A stretch of 62,381 nt of DNA, filler included, from Sphacelaria rigidula (lineage: Eukaryota): the NCBI GenBank assembly GCA_964200075.2. It is 7 parts of 7 records of this genome, joined end to end, with 100 filler letters (N's around TTAATTAATTAA, not from the genome) between each part and the next. Parts side by side here need not be neighbours in the genome. Positions count along the whole stretch, not along the records: positions 17,855 to 26,680 come from CAXNAA020010009.1; positions 26,781 to 35,606 come from CAXNAA020010010.1; positions 35,707 to 44,531 come from CAXNAA020010011.1; 4 more parts are not named here. The stretch is one strand, 5' to 3'. The notes beneath the pieces were generated by a model that saw nothing but the letters and a program-made list of their open reading frames with translations, was not told where the DNA came from and did not search any database. The first letter of the stretch is position 1. Every line of letters starts with the position of its first letter. The position numbers and the translations under genes were made by a program. This document shows, in pieces, positions 24,370 to 36,398 of this stretch.

Positions 24370-24657
24370 AACGCATTTCATGCGCTCAATCTTGGATCGT
24401 TTTCGATGAAATTTTGACACCATGTGCAGGACATGTGTGCAAACGCCCCACTTTCCATCCCCTGTTTCATTTTTTTCTCCGTGAGTTATTGGCAATTTTG
24501 TTCCGGGAAAACTGTTCTGGAATGTTCCTTGGCCAATAACTCACGGAGAAAAAAACAAAAAACAGGGGATGGAAAGTGAGGTGTTCGCACATATGTCCTG
24601 TACATCGTATCAAAATTTCATCGAAAACGATCGAAAATTGAGCGCAGGAAATGCGTT
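24370..24657. mobile_element. Long-TIR (foldback-type) MITE
   Basis: AACGCATTTC.TGCGCTCAAT.TT.GATCGTTTTCGATGAAATTTTGA... pairs with ...TCAAAATTTCATCGAAAACGATCGAAAATTGAGCGCAGGAAATGCGTT. Confidence 0.8.
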
Positions 24658-24715
24658 ATTCCGTCGACAAGCGGTCACTAGAGCCAATGGAGGGGGACCA
24701 GTTACGAATAAATCG

Positions 24716-24997
24716 AACGCATTTATGCTGTTCAATTTCAACCTGTTTTCAATAAAATTTTGACAAGATGCACAGGATGTATGTGCGAATATCGAACCTA
24801 GTTTTTTCCTTGTTCTTTTGCGTGAGTTATTGGCGATTCTGTTCCGAAAAAACGGTTCTGAAATTTTCCGTCGCCAATAACTCACGAAGGAAAAAAAAAA
24901 AAAACATGGGAGGAACGGAGGGGTGTTTGCACATACTTCCTGTACATCATGTCAAAAAGTTATCGAAAACGACTGAGTATTGAGCTCGGGAACTGTG
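24716..24997. mobile_element. Second, more diverged copy of the same MITE
   Basis: Same TIR and internal GTGAGTTATTGGC..GCCAATAACTCACG palindromic core. Confidence 0.7.
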
Positions 24998-26680
24998 CCA
25001 CAGCTTGTGCGTCACCATGCGGCACAAATCTGACTGTACTCGAAAATCTAATCTCAGCCGGTTTTTTTTGGCTGATTCCGCCGCACATAGTACACTCAAC
25101 TCTCTACACTTCAGCACTTGATTACAGTTCTGTATGTCGTTTGATGAGACCTTGTCGGATTGCAGTGCTGCATGGATTTGAAGACGCACGCTGATTTGCC
25201 TATTACCACGATGTGTCATTAGTGGACACAACTCGCGATACATCGTGAGTTAGAACGGGCTGAAGGAAAGTGAGCTTCTTGGACGGCACAGCCTGTAGCC
25301 ATGGCCGCGCCAATGACAGTAGCGCACGCGTACTGTCGACACAGGTAGCTGTTTCTGAACAGCTGAACGGGGTTGGGGTTCTAGGCGAGGGCATACGTAC
25401 TGTGAGTGGCGCGTGCGGATGTGATTGGGTCGTGTTGTGACTTCGTGGCTGTGAGACTTGGGGGGAAAGTTTCCACATCTCTTCACCAACCGAGCAGGAC
25501 ACGCACAAGTTGAAACACCAGACAGCAATGGCGGGCATATTTTCTTTCAAGAAACCCTGGTGCCCAAGCTAGAGCGCGCGGCTTCGAAACTCGGGGAAGG
25601 GACAGCGATCTTGGTCGGCTTTAGCGTTCCGAGCATGTATACTGGGGAACGCTTCACGGTCCTGCCCCGCAATCCTTTTGATCAAAAAAGGAAATTCGCG
25701 ATTACTTCCTGGACCCGTCCGGCCCACCGAGGGCTAGGGGCCCATCTATGCCCACACCAAGGTCATCTTCCAAATTCTGGTAGTACTACCTGAAGCCGGA
25801 TTCTTGCAACTGAAGGCCGCGGGCGATCGAAATTTTGAATAGTTGAAACAGCTATCAATAACTTGTTGTAAGGACATCATGATGATTTTTTTCTCCTGAA
25901 TTGGATTTTAGGAGAAAAATCCAATTGCGCACATCACGATTTTCGGGGGTCCTCATGCCGCACGTACCATAAGTAGCGGACATTTTACAGGAATCAAATC
26001 GAGGGGGGAAATCCACATAGCTATCTACCCATGAGAAGTGAACTAGTGCTTCACGTTGCGTGTTGAGTCGGCGGGACAACAACTGCGTCCGAGTACAAGT
26101 GGAAGTGGAGTTCATGAAAAAAACACCGTCCGCGCAAACTTGATCTTCGTTCGTAGACTCAAAGTTGGGAGTACGAAAAATGATGAAAGTGCGGCGGGAT
26201 CTTCTCGAGAGATTCAAGTTAGATTGGTTCTCTCGGAGTAGCACAATCTTCCTGCGATAGGTCCGTTCCAGGACAAAAACCGGCACCAGATTGCCCGTAC
26301 CGGCTTTTTTTCACAGAGTTTTCAGTTTGAATGAGAGAAAGGGACCTGGAGTCACATACCGTGGAGGTGTGACTTTTTGATCACAATTGCACCATCTTGA
26401 CCCTTAGACCGCGAGGTTAGTCTTCCGTTGAATCGGCATCAATTTCAAGTGAAAAAAAGTATGCATGATCCAGAAAGACTAATCTCGCGGTCAAAGGGTT
26501 AACAGTCGGACAGCGAGCGTCGCCTCGGAACAGTTTCACAGGCTGACAATCCGGAGACATTCGGGGGTTCCAGTGGTCGGGGTGTGTGGTTCTTGATGGG
26601 GGGGAGGGGGGGGGGGCGTACTCATTTGTTGGTTGCCTTAGTTATTTGACCATTGACCACGCATCCCTTTCGAGACGGAG

Positions 26681-26780
26681 NNNNNNNNNNNNNNNNNNNN
26701 NNNNNNNNNNNNNNNNNNNNNNNNTTAATTAATTAANNNNNNNNNNNNNNNNNNNNNNNNNNNNNNNNNNNNNNNNNNNN
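26681..26780. other. Artificial scaffold linker
   Basis: N44-TTAATTAATTAA-N44. Confidence 0.98.
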
Positions 26781-26843
26781 AAGCACTGTTTTAGGCTTGA
26801 ACCTCATCCCGGAGTTAAACCTCAATTCGCACAATTTGTTGTT

Positions 26844-27640
26844 AAAGGTGTGTCTCTCAAAAACTGTGATGGGCAGGTGGGGGTAGCGGCCGAGATGTAA
26901 CTCGTTCGGAGAAAGGCCGGTAGCAGCGTCGACCGAGTTGTTATAAGACAGCATGACATGTGCGAGATGGAGATCCCAATCGTTTTGTGGATCGTTCACT
27001 GCCATAAACAGCATCTGGGCCATGGTGTGGTTAACTCTTTTAGTACCACCGTTACCATTAGGGTGATAAGCACTCGTGGCTATCTTTCGAATGCCCAGGA
27101 GCGTATACAGTTCGTCCGAGAGATCGGAGCAAAAAAGCTGACCATTGTCGGAGAGAAGCCGTTTCGGGCAACCATAGTGCTTGATGTAGTCATAAAATAA
27201 GATATTAGCTGTGCCCGCTGCTGTGAAGTCTCCAGCGGTGACTACGTACATGGCTGCGTGACGGCTGAAACGGTAGGTAAAGTGTAAGATGTAGGTGTTG
27301 CCACGGTCAGTGGGCGGTAAAAAACCGAAATAGTCGAAAGACACGAGGTCACCAGGCGCGTTGGGAAGTGCCATCGAAATAACTGGCCAACGTATAGTCT
27401 GTCGTGAGGTTTGGCGAGCTTGACACTTGAAGCAGCGCCTAAACCAGAAGCGGGTGGACATTTCCATACCTATCCACCAGTAGAAACGTTCGAGTAACGC
27501 TCATGTGCGCGTGACACCAAGGTGGTAAGACAGGTCAGTGTGGCAGCCCTCATTATCCACGGTCGCATCAAAAATGGGACATATATCCGAGTGGGTTCAT
27601 CGTCAAGTAGGCGTGCATGGGGTCCAGTGGGCGCGGGTGA
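26844..27640 (-). pseudogene. Integrase (HHCC and DDE core), truncated by an insertion at the scaffold edge
   Basis: CH..HLG..RFYWW..CFKCQARQT; SFDYFG; LLSDNG; HPNGNGGTKRVNHTM; YNNSV.AATGLSP. Confidence 0.92.
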
Positions 27641-28499
27641 AGTTACACCCTGCTAGGGCGTAGGGCGGCAGACAAGCAATTCGATTCCGTCATCTGTTGT
27701 GAAGATAGTACCTTTACGTGCGAGTTCGTAAACCACAGCGGCGTTTGGTTGTGGCAGTTTGCCAATCGGGGCCAACAAATTGGCCGGGATAGGAGCAGGG
27801 CAGCCAGCACGGAGGTACCGCGTGGTTGCGCGGCATAATGATTCTGCTTGTTGTTCACGAGCCCAATCACGATGGGAGTAACTGGCGAGAAATTCGCGCA
27901 GCTGGCCTTCCGCCGGGGAGCCGACCAGGCATGGTGGCTCAGGGAGCGGTGGAACAGGCGACGGAGGGGAGGTGCCAACGTCGATGTGAACATCGGAAGC
28001 ATCAGAAGGGGTGGGCACTGATGGGGCCGCGGCGGGCGGCGATGTCGCAGTCGTTCGCGCCAGAGATCGCGCCCGGCGCTTGTTGTGAGAACTGCGCGTG
28101 GCGGGGGTTGTCAAGGCTCGTGGTGCGGTGTTGCCGGGAGCCGGCGCTACGCTGCTTGCAGGAGCAGTAGGTGGTGTCGGTGGAGGTGGGGCACGGGGAG
28201 GGTTAGCGCGGGCGGCAGACAGAGAGCGCGTGTTGTCGGAAATGAGATGAACAACTGGAGGTGGCGAAACTGCAACGTTTGCGCGAAGACCGATAGTACG
28301 GAAATCGGCGAAAACGGCGTAGGTGGGATGTAGCCCATTCAAGACTGCATCATACGGTAGGGGGCAGGGGCCGCTCATGTGCATACCCGTTTCTTGGCAA
28401 TGAAGGTCAAGGGCGTAAATGGGCGTTGAGAAACGCCGGATTGGATACACGGTGGGTTCATCGGGTTTAGTTAGTCGAAAAGCGGGGCTGAAATCCACA

Positions 28500-29131
28500 G
28501 CCGCCAGAGGAAGGGGCAAGCGAGAGGGAAGGTCAGCATTCCCGTTGGTTTTGCCAGGGCGGTGTTTGACAGTATACTGGTAAGCTGTCAGGAACTCCAA
28601 CTAGCGTTGCACACGCGGGTTATGTTCACCAACTTTGGCGAGTTGTTCAAGTGCTCCGTGATCCGTGTAGATTTGGAAAGGCACAGGGAACAAATATTGT
28701 CGAAGGCGCTTTATGGCCCAAGTGATGACTCCGCCTTCCAGCTCCAGTGGACTTCAGTTGGCCTCGTTTGGAAGCGTGGCGCGACTGATGTAGAGGATGG
28801 ATCGAAGAGAGCAATTGAGTTAAGGCTGATTCAGGACCGCGCCGAGCCCGTCGGTGCTCGCGTCTGTATGTAGTTGAAAGAGGCGAGAGCCGTCTTTTAC
28901 GGCATCCCAGTACGGGAAACAAAGGACCAGTTTTTCGGTGAGCGTTTTCAGCAAGTCGCGCACGATAGCTTCCATATCTTTCGTGAAGACAAACGCGGCG
29001 CCTGTTTTAAGCAATTCCGTAATGGGGCGAATCCGTTTGGACAGGTTAGGCAAAACATTGCGATAGTAGGACAGTCCACCCAACAATGACCGGAGCTGAG
29101 TAATGTTCATGGGCATCGGCAATTCAGCCAT
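28500..29131 (-). pseudogene. RT thumb/connection and RNase H
   Basis: QLRSLLGGLSYYR..FQLHTDASTDGLGAVLNQ..ELEGGVI..YTDH..NADLPSRLP. Confidence 0.9.
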
Positions 29132-29790
29132 TGCCCTGACTTTGTTGGTTTTGGTGAAATTGAGTGTCCTAGAAAGACCAGTTCAGTCGCGCCAAGGCGA
29201 GGTTTGGATGGAGACAGTTTCAAATCGTGCTTCCGCAGGCGAGAAAGACACTCTCGTAAGGTGCGCACATGCGCAAGAGGGGAGGCATCGAATGCAATAG
29301 CGTCGTCCAAGTACATGACGACGTGTTCGAGATTCTCTGTAACGCGTTGCATTAAGCGTTGAAAACAACCTGGTGCAGTGGCGGCACCTTGTGGCATACG
29401 GAGCCATTCGTAGAGCCGAGGAGATGTACAGAACGCTGTCAGTGGGACTGTATCAGGGTGGATGGCATTGTGGAAAAATCCAGAAGCGAGATCGAAGGTA
29501 CTGAATATTTTTTCTTCGCCTAGAGAGTCGAAGACTTCATCTATGCGAGGAATGGGAAGTTTTCCCACTACAGTGACGCGATTTAGCCGTTGATACAGTA
29601 ATTCACGGTGAGGCGTATATTTCCATCCTTTTTGGAGATCACCACTAGCGGTGAGGCCCACGGAGGAGTGTTGGATTAATCCGGCACCGAAATATGCATC
29701 TAAAATGGCGTCAACGCTTTTGGTAAGGATGGGGTTCGTCCGGTACGGCCGAGAACAAAACGCCAGGTTGAAGGGTGATTTCAAAGAGCA
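29107..29790 (-). pseudogene. Reverse transcriptase (frameshifted)
   Basis: RPYRTNP..LIQHS..PIPRIDEVFDSLG..FSTFDLASGF..TAFCT..LYEWLRMPQG..FQRLM..YLDD. Confidence 0.93.
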
Positions 29791-30955
29791 GCGTTTTGCA
29801 ATGCCCCAGGTCCGTTTTGGACCGAGAAAATCTGTCTTGGTACTCCAGTAAAACATCGCTCAATTCTTTGATCACAGCGGGTTCCCAACCGGGTTTATGT
29901 AGGTCAAAGTTGATGTCACGTAAATGGGATAGACGTTGATCCCACATGTGCCAGAAACTTGTCCGAGATTCGGGCGATAGGCGTTGCAGCACTTCAGCAG
30001 GAGCGTCGGACGTTGACGGTGCAGGGTCCACGGTGTGAATACGTGGTGGCGACGAAGAGGTTACGTCGAAGTAAGGCTCATCGACGCAATTGACAGAACC
30101 ATCTGTCGGAGGCGCCGAGTTGGGCGTAGAGGGTTCAGTGGCACATGTCTCAAGTGGAATGTGCATGAGGGGAGCAGCAGCAATACCCAAAACATCTCCG
30201 GTTTCCAAGTTAGCGTGACCCGTGAGTGGCAAAAGCTGTCTCCCTGCGGAGACAAAATGTTCTGTGCCGGCAGGCGCACCAACACGGGGAAGCATTTCAG
30301 CGAGGTAATATCCCTGAAGGGCAGGCATGTCATTTCGGCGAACTAAGGCAACTTCTAGCAGTTGAGGATCATCGGAGAGGGTAACACCAGCAGTGCCATC
30401 GTATCGGAGGTGGTAAGCAGCTCCGGTAGCTTGTTCATTCTTTTTATAGGCCAATGCGCCGTGAAGAATACCGAAATGTTCAAGGTTGAGTTCTCCACGA
30501 GGCGCAGACTGTGGCGATAATGATAGTAGTGTGCGGTAGGTGCGTTGATCAAACCGCATGTAACTATCTCGGCCCATGAGTAAGGCTTGAGCCATGGTGC
30601 TGTGGGGCACAACATATGCCCAGACTGCAAGGCTGGCAGAACGAGTTGTGTTGTGAAAGAATTGTACATTGAGACGAACTGATATTCGTGTGGTCAAGGG
30701 TGCGGTGGAGTCACCAAAGCCACCCCATACTCGAGGTTTGGTGGTGATTTCGCAAGCTACTGGAGCAGCGCCAATCTGTTTCATATGTTCCCACATTGAT
30801 TCACGAATAAATGTTTGTGGGCTGCCGCTGTCTAACAAAGAGATGCATTTGGCAGTCGTGGTTGCGTATGGTCCACAACGGAGCGCTACGCGAGTAGTAG
30901 TGGCAGGATTAACCGACACTTTACCGCCGACAAGATCCGGACCGTATTCAGCCAA
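29711..30955 (-). CDS. Retroviral-type aspartic protease plus downstream domain and RT N-terminus
   Basis: SLLDSGSPQTFI active site and LLMGRD motif; ends with FSRSKTDLGHC. Confidence 0.88.
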   Translation of the reverse strand: MAEYGPDLVGGKVSVNPATTTRVALRCGPYATTTAKCISLLDSGSPQTFIRESMWEHMKQIGAAPVACEITTKPRVWGGFGDSTAPLTTRISVRLNVQFFHNTTRSASLAVWAYVVPHSTMAQALLMGRDSYMRFDQRTYRTLLSLSPQSAPRGELNLEHFGILHGALAYKKNEQATGAAYHLRYDGTAGVTLSDDPQLLEVALVRRNDMPALQGYYLAEMLPRVGAPAGTEHFVSAGRQLLPLTGHANLETGDVLGIAAAPLMHIPLETCATEPSTPNSAPPTDGSVNCVDEPYFDVTSSSPPRIHTVDPAPSTSDAPAEVLQRLSPESRTSFWHMWDQRLSHLRDINFDLHKPGWEPAVIKELSDVLLEYQDRFSRSKTDLGHCKTLLFEITLQPGVLFSAVPDEPHPYQKR

Positions 30956-31995
30956 GGTAAATTGATCGGAATCAGTAGTACTGACGGCGAAAACGGAGGG
31001 CGGGTGATCCGCTGGGGGGTCAACTTTCTCACCGGAAAGTTTGGTGGATGATGTGTAGTCCCCAGAGTGAGCACAGCTTGGCTGGTCATCAGCAATTTAA
31101 TACATGACCGTATTGAGAAGGCAGGGATCAACGTCTAAAGTAGATCCGTCTTGTTCAGTGTAGTCCGCAGAAGAGATAAAAATATCCAAAATATTTGATT
31201 TGAATTCTTCTGGGACACTTGATAAATTCATCGATCTCAAATTCGTCGCATTTTGGAGAGAGTGAGGTCGAGATTTTCCACTCGAGGAAGGCGTACGTGT
31301 TAATGCGCGCGCTTCAGTGGGGGCATGATCACGGGGCTTCCTCTCTCGCCGTGACAAAGGGCGGGGAACTTCCAATGTGTTTGGGGAAAACCCAACTGCG
31401 TCCAGTTGAATGGATGGGGTCAGCATCGGGGCATGCTCGGGCGAAGCTTGTGGACTGTCCGCTGGCAAGCTTGGCTGAGGAGTCATAGCCGAAGGTATAG
31501 TAGGATGGTTCATGTGGAAACCATTCAGGGGTAGCTTCGCATGGTGCAATAAACGCGAAGAATGAATTCGTTCGACCGGGGTGGGTGTTACCTGGTCCGA
31601 AGCGGTCAAATTCTGACCAGCGATACTTGAACCAGTCGAGTGAATTACACAACTGCCTGTGCGTGCGGTCACTGAGGGAAGCCTTTGCCTCAGAGACGGG
31701 CGGTTGGTGTTCCCACATCTCAGAATTACGCTCAGTTCCGGAGGACCAAGTCCAGAGCCGAGGGTAGGGCTAAGTTGTGAGTCAACGCAACTGTTACGCT
31801 GTGTGCGAAGAGGTGAAGACGGGGGTCGAAATAAGCGGCCGTCATTAGAACATCTGCATAGTGCCGGGGATGTTGAGCGAGAACGTTTGGTCACTCGTTC
31901 CGCGGTTGGTGTTGAAGTAGGCTTCGTGTGTGCTGTCGGTGGCGCCGAAGACGTAAAAACGCCGGCGTCGGCATGTCATGGATCGGTACGATCAT

Positions 31996-33348
31996 TCATA
32001 AAGGAACCAGGGCTTCTGGCGTTGGGATTCGAGTGATTGTGATGCGGCCCCGTGCGCTGGTGTCTATCGGCGGAATCCCGGTGTAACGGTGAGAAGCACT
32101 CTCTCTTCGCTGGGAGCTAAAGTTGTCGTAGTTGTTGGGACGACTGTCGCGATTCGAGCGAGTCTTGTCGCGGTTGTTGAAAGGACGGCGAGAATGACGG
32201 TTGGGTGTGCGGTATTTACGCATGCGTTTTTGCCATCGGCGCCATTCGGGCTCATTGTCCTGCAGCTCAGGGTTCATCATGAGGTCGAAGGAGTTGATAC
32301 AAGGGCAAGTACAATCGCGCATACCGTGACCCTGGGTGTTACAATTCATGCAACTATTTGCGTGGCGGCTGAAGGCCTCGTGTCTGGCAGCAGACGAGAG
32401 GAGGGGGTTCCACAGATGTGGGCCATCTGTAGTAAACACAGAGGTAGATACAGTGTAAACATCATCCCAAGTCTCGGCGGAGTACGGCCATCCGTCAAAA
32501 CTGGCGCTGAACGGATCTCTCTTGTTTGCAACGCTCATGACAGAGCCGGCCACGGAGGCGGGCACCCACGAGGAACGAAGCGAAGTGTGAGACTGGTGAC
32601 GGGACCCTGAGGGGGTCGTACAAGGCGCAGAAGCAGGCTGGGAACGAGCTGAAGCATACTTGTCGCCGCGAATGGCTGGCGTCAAATTATTTTCTTGATG
32701 GACAAACGCGCTCCACATCGCATCCACAGAGGAGTAAGGCACTTCGCGGTGGGCTAAAGCACCTGGAAACAGCGACGGCATTTGTGTCGAGAACTGCTCG
32801 GAAACACTATTTCTCACATATGATTGACACATTGCGTCTGATGGGCCAGTCTGGCGGCCTACTTCCGTGGTACTGGAAACGAGAAGCTTGAATTCTCGAA
32901 GGTAGTCCGCGAATGGGACATCTGTTGCGACACCAAAAGAACTAAGTCGTTGGATAGCACTACCCTGAGTGCTGCGATCGAAGTAGCCGGTCAAGCAGTG
33001 CTTCAGATCACGGAGTAAATCCGGACCTGGCTTCCCCGGACCTGGCTTCCCCGAGGCGCAGTCCGCATCGATAGCGGCCATGAAACCATGAAGGACTTGT
33101 GTCAAAGCAGCGGTAATGTCGGGCGAGCGGCGGTTGATGGCGCGGTGCAGAGCTTTATGGAGAGGGGTCTGCCAACCATCAACCCAGTTGGAATTTTCGA
33201 AACGTTGAGCACCCGTAGAGTCTGCTAGCTGAAGGATGTTTTGAAGAGTGCGGCGTATAGAGGTGATGAGAGCAGAAGTGAATTGTCCCGAGTCTTCGTT
33301 GTCTGCTGCAGGCATGGATTCCACATGCCAAAGTTTTCTTACGTCCAT
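31996..33348 (-). CDS. Gag (capsid-like region and CCHC zinc knuckle)
   Basis: 450-aa ORF with CMNCNTQGHGMRDC knuckle and Arg-rich C-terminus, upstream of the protease. Confidence 0.8.
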   Translation of the reverse strand: MDVRKLWHVESMPAADNEDSGQFTSALITSIRRTLQNILQLADSTGAQRFENSNWVDGWQTPLHKALHRAINRRSPDITAALTQVLHGFMAAIDADCASGKPGPGKPGPDLLRDLKHCLTGYFDRSTQGSAIQRLSSFGVATDVPFADYLREFKLLVSSTTEVGRQTGPSDAMCQSYVRNSVSEQFSTQMPSLFPGALAHREVPYSSVDAMWSAFVHQENNLTPAIRGDKYASARSQPASAPCTTPSGSRHQSHTSLRSSWVPASVAGSVMSVANKRDPFSASFDGWPYSAETWDDVYTVSTSVFTTDGPHLWNPLLSSAARHEAFSRHANSCMNCNTQGHGMRDCTCPCINSFDLMMNPELQDNEPEWRRWQKRMRKYRTPNRHSRRPFNNRDKTRSNRDSRPNNYDNFSSQRRESASHRYTGIPPIDTSARGRITITRIPTPEALVPL

Positions 33349-35537
33349 TTGGGTGTATTCTCTCTGGATGGCGGCGGTGCGGGCGGATTCCGCTCGAGCG
33401 GCGGCTGCTGCTGCACTACCAGCGGCTTGCTCTCGCTCGGCGGCAGCGGCAGCCAGAGAGGGAGCCGAAGTGGAAGATGCCGGTTCATCCGAGTTGTCGT
33501 CCGAAAGGCCTAAAATCTGGCGCGAAACATCTGCTAAATACGGTGTAGCGGCTTAGGTTGGCAGAAGCCGACGCAGGCGAGTTTGTGGCAGACCGAATCC
33601 TGAGCTTGGTGGAAGAAGAGCTCCACGAGCCGCTCCTCTGGTGTGTCTTAGTCAAACCGGTGATGGGACGGTTCACACGGTATGGTTGGGTCCTCCCAGA
33701 GGAGGAGCTTAATCCTCCGTGGTGGTTGTGAGAATCACCGCGGCGATTGCGCCCAGGGTTGGCAACATTGTGTCTGTGGCGTCGGCGACGAGAAGTCACC
33801 GTGGTTCAGCCGTCATCAACGTGGGCTGTGGCGGATTTGGAGGCGGCGCGCAACGCGTCGAAGAGCTCCACAATGGACAGTTCGTAGGAAGTGGTGGTTT
33901 GTTCCATGTGGCGGACTAACTGGCCAATGGTGATCGAAAGGGAACCATCGGAAAGACAGACCCCGTCATGGTGCAAGTAAGAAGCTACGACGCTTTGAAG
34001 CGGTCGAGCGAGTGCTAGCCAAGCGTGGCGAGAGCTTTGCAAAGGATTCGAGGGGGTGTACTTGCCCGAAAGAGTCTGCACAGAAAGCGTGAACCTAGGG
34101 ATGTCATCGCAGCGGGTGGAGACACCGCGCGGTTCGGCACTGGTGTCGGAGCGGGCGGTCGAAGTAGGGGGGGGTGGGGACGGCGTGCGGTGGGAGCGGG
34201 GAGTGGCTACGGCGTGAGAGGCGCGTGGGCGCTCCCCCTCTAGTTTACGGGGAGAGGAGCATGCTGCTCCTCGGTGGAAGATGTAGACGGCGCTGCATCC
34301 GTGTTGCGTTGCCGATTGGCGAAATCATTCACGGATGAGTTGTTCTTGGGCAGTGCGGCCATGGTCCATAAAAATATGCGGGAGCAGCCCGAATGGACAG
34401 TGCTCCAGACCCAACTGTGGGCGGTCCTGCTGCGACGAAGGTGCAGGGTTGTACGGCGCGACAGTAGATGCAGGGGGGGTTGAGGCGGGTGCGAGTGCAC
34501 AAGGGACCTTGGAGCCAGTATGGGTGCCACTATCGGCGTCAGTGTCGGCGACGGTGGCGGCAGCGGGAGCTGGGGCCGGGGCAGCAAAAGCTGTGGGTTT
34601 GGGGGGCGCGGTGGGGAGTGGAGATACGGTGTTGTTCACAGGTGTTTGTACGGTGCGCTGTAAATCGGCAAGTTGTCGACGCAAGGAACGGATGGCTGCC
34701 GCGTCAGAGCGAGAAGAGCTATCGCGTGTGGGTTGGGTACGGCGGCTGCGATGGCGTGAGTTGTAGGGCGGTTGGTCGCTGGAATGCGCGATCGACAATT
34801 CCTCTGCGGAAGGAAGATCTCAAACAAATGTCCCTCATGGCGTCGGCGTGCACAGTAACATCATTACGTGGGGAGCGCCGACGTGAAGAAACCCTTGAGG
34901 CAGTAGAACTACGAGAGGAACGAGGGGTATGTCTCGAATTGTCATCACGCGCGGTCATCCGTCGAGCGGGGGTGGTATGTTGTGTCGGGGGGAAGGCGGG
35001 CGTGGTGGGGTGGGTGAAAGTCGAGGTTTGGTGGGGGTGGACGCGGTTGGCGGAGCTGGGCACTGTGGGCTCCTTGCCTGTCGGCGAAAGCCGAAGGAGA
35101 GCGGATTAAGGTATTGCATAGAACTTGCAGTGCTGTGGCTATACTAACGTCTGGCACAGGGGCTGGTTCCAGATGTATGCTAGAAGCAGCCGCTGGGGCC
35201 GAAGACGGGTGTCCTGAGTTGGGCAAAGCAGAATTCAAAACATTTGTCAACAAATCATAAACAGCCGGGGCACAAAACGTAGTCGCGGATGTTGACAAAG
35301 TGTGTGCCCGCAGGGCAGCGCGGGCAGTAGTGCCAGCAGTTGGGGGTCCGGACGTGGGTGCCACCTGCACGACGGAACGGTCTTGGATTGAAACTTGTAC
35401 GACGAGATTCGCGCTTGCAGTAGAGTCAGAGGGTGGGAGAAGGACCACGGGTGCCACCAGTGTGGTTGGGGGTTGGGTTGGGGCCACGGGTAACACCAGC
35501 GTGGTTGGGGGGCGGGACACAGGGTGTGCCAAGGTGG

Positions 35538-35606
35538 GACTAATGCCGAGATAGCCCCCCCACAAAACGTACACCGGAGACCGTCCTACAAACCGGCTGC
35601 GATCCC
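35538..35606. repeat. Short dispersed repeat (copy at ~56580-56650) inserted at the 5' end of the gypsy fragment
   Basis: ACTAATGCCGAGATAGC.CCCCACAAA..GT.CACCGGAGACCGTCC..AAACCGGCTGCGATCCC found at both sites. Confidence 0.75.
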
Positions 35607-35706
35607 NNNNNNNNNNNNNNNNNNNNNNNNNNNNNNNNNNNNNNNNNNNNTTAATTAATTAANNNNNNNNNNNNNNNNNNNNNNNNNNNNNNNNNNNNNN
35701 NNNNNN
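35607..35706. other. Artificial scaffold linker
   Basis: N44-TTAATTAATTAA-N44. Confidence 0.98.
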
Positions 35707-35961
35707 CATATCCCGAAAGGGGTAGACTGGCGTCCAAAATAAATGGGATGACGACACACACACACACACTCAGAAGGTTGACGCTTCGACTGCCTAGCGT
35801 GGGCAACCGGGTGAACGGGAGTCATTTTCACTTGCAAAACAAATGGAAGATCCCAATGACAAAACCCTTGACCGCCAGGGTGGACCATCTGGTCCTCTGG
35901 GTCCCTTGCATTCCTTTTTCAAGAGCAAATGATGTCGTTTCAGGCCAATTACAATGAATCA

Positions 35962-36398
35962 GGCCCAATATTATCAACACTGTTTTTTCGGACATCTCTG
36001 AAATTGTCGGGTTGGCAAGGTACCTGATGATTCTCGAATGCTTGCGAGCGCCACGGCGTATTGACAAGGCAACTTTCCGGAGTGCTGCGTTGCAGTCCGA
36101 ATTTTTCGGACTTCTCCAAAAATGAAGCTTCGGAGAAGTCTGAACGCAGAGACCGAAGACTCTGAAAAATTATGATATCTCTGAAAAGAACAGTGTCGAT
36201 AGTAATGGGCCTTATTGGCACTATTCTTTCGGAGATCTCTGAACTTTTTGGGGTTTTGTTCAGCGCTTGATTTTTCCTCCGAAGGTTCATTTTTGGAGAA
36301 GTCCGGACACTTCGGACTGCAGCGCAACACTCCGCAGAGCTGCCCTGTGAACACGCCATGACCCTCGCGAGCGTGCGAGAGTCACCAGGAACCTTGCC
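35962..36398. mobile_element. Two abutting, oppositely oriented copies of a ~250-bp MITE (35962-36211; 36208-36398 truncated)
   Basis: 36014-36135 is the approximate reverse complement of 36277-36397; TIR GGCCC.TATTATC.ACAC / GTGTCGATAGTAATGGGCC. Confidence 0.7.

Larger units (their letters stand above)
26844..35535 (-). mobile_element. Degenerate Ty3/gypsy LTR retrotransposon internal region (gag-PR-RT-RH-IN); LTRs off-scaffold
   Basis: Gypsy domain order with several frameshifts and stops; see sub-features. Confidence 0.95.

Noticed and set aside
32089-35109. Long plus-strand ORFs opposite gag
   Set aside because: Antisense shadows of GC-rich coding sequence.
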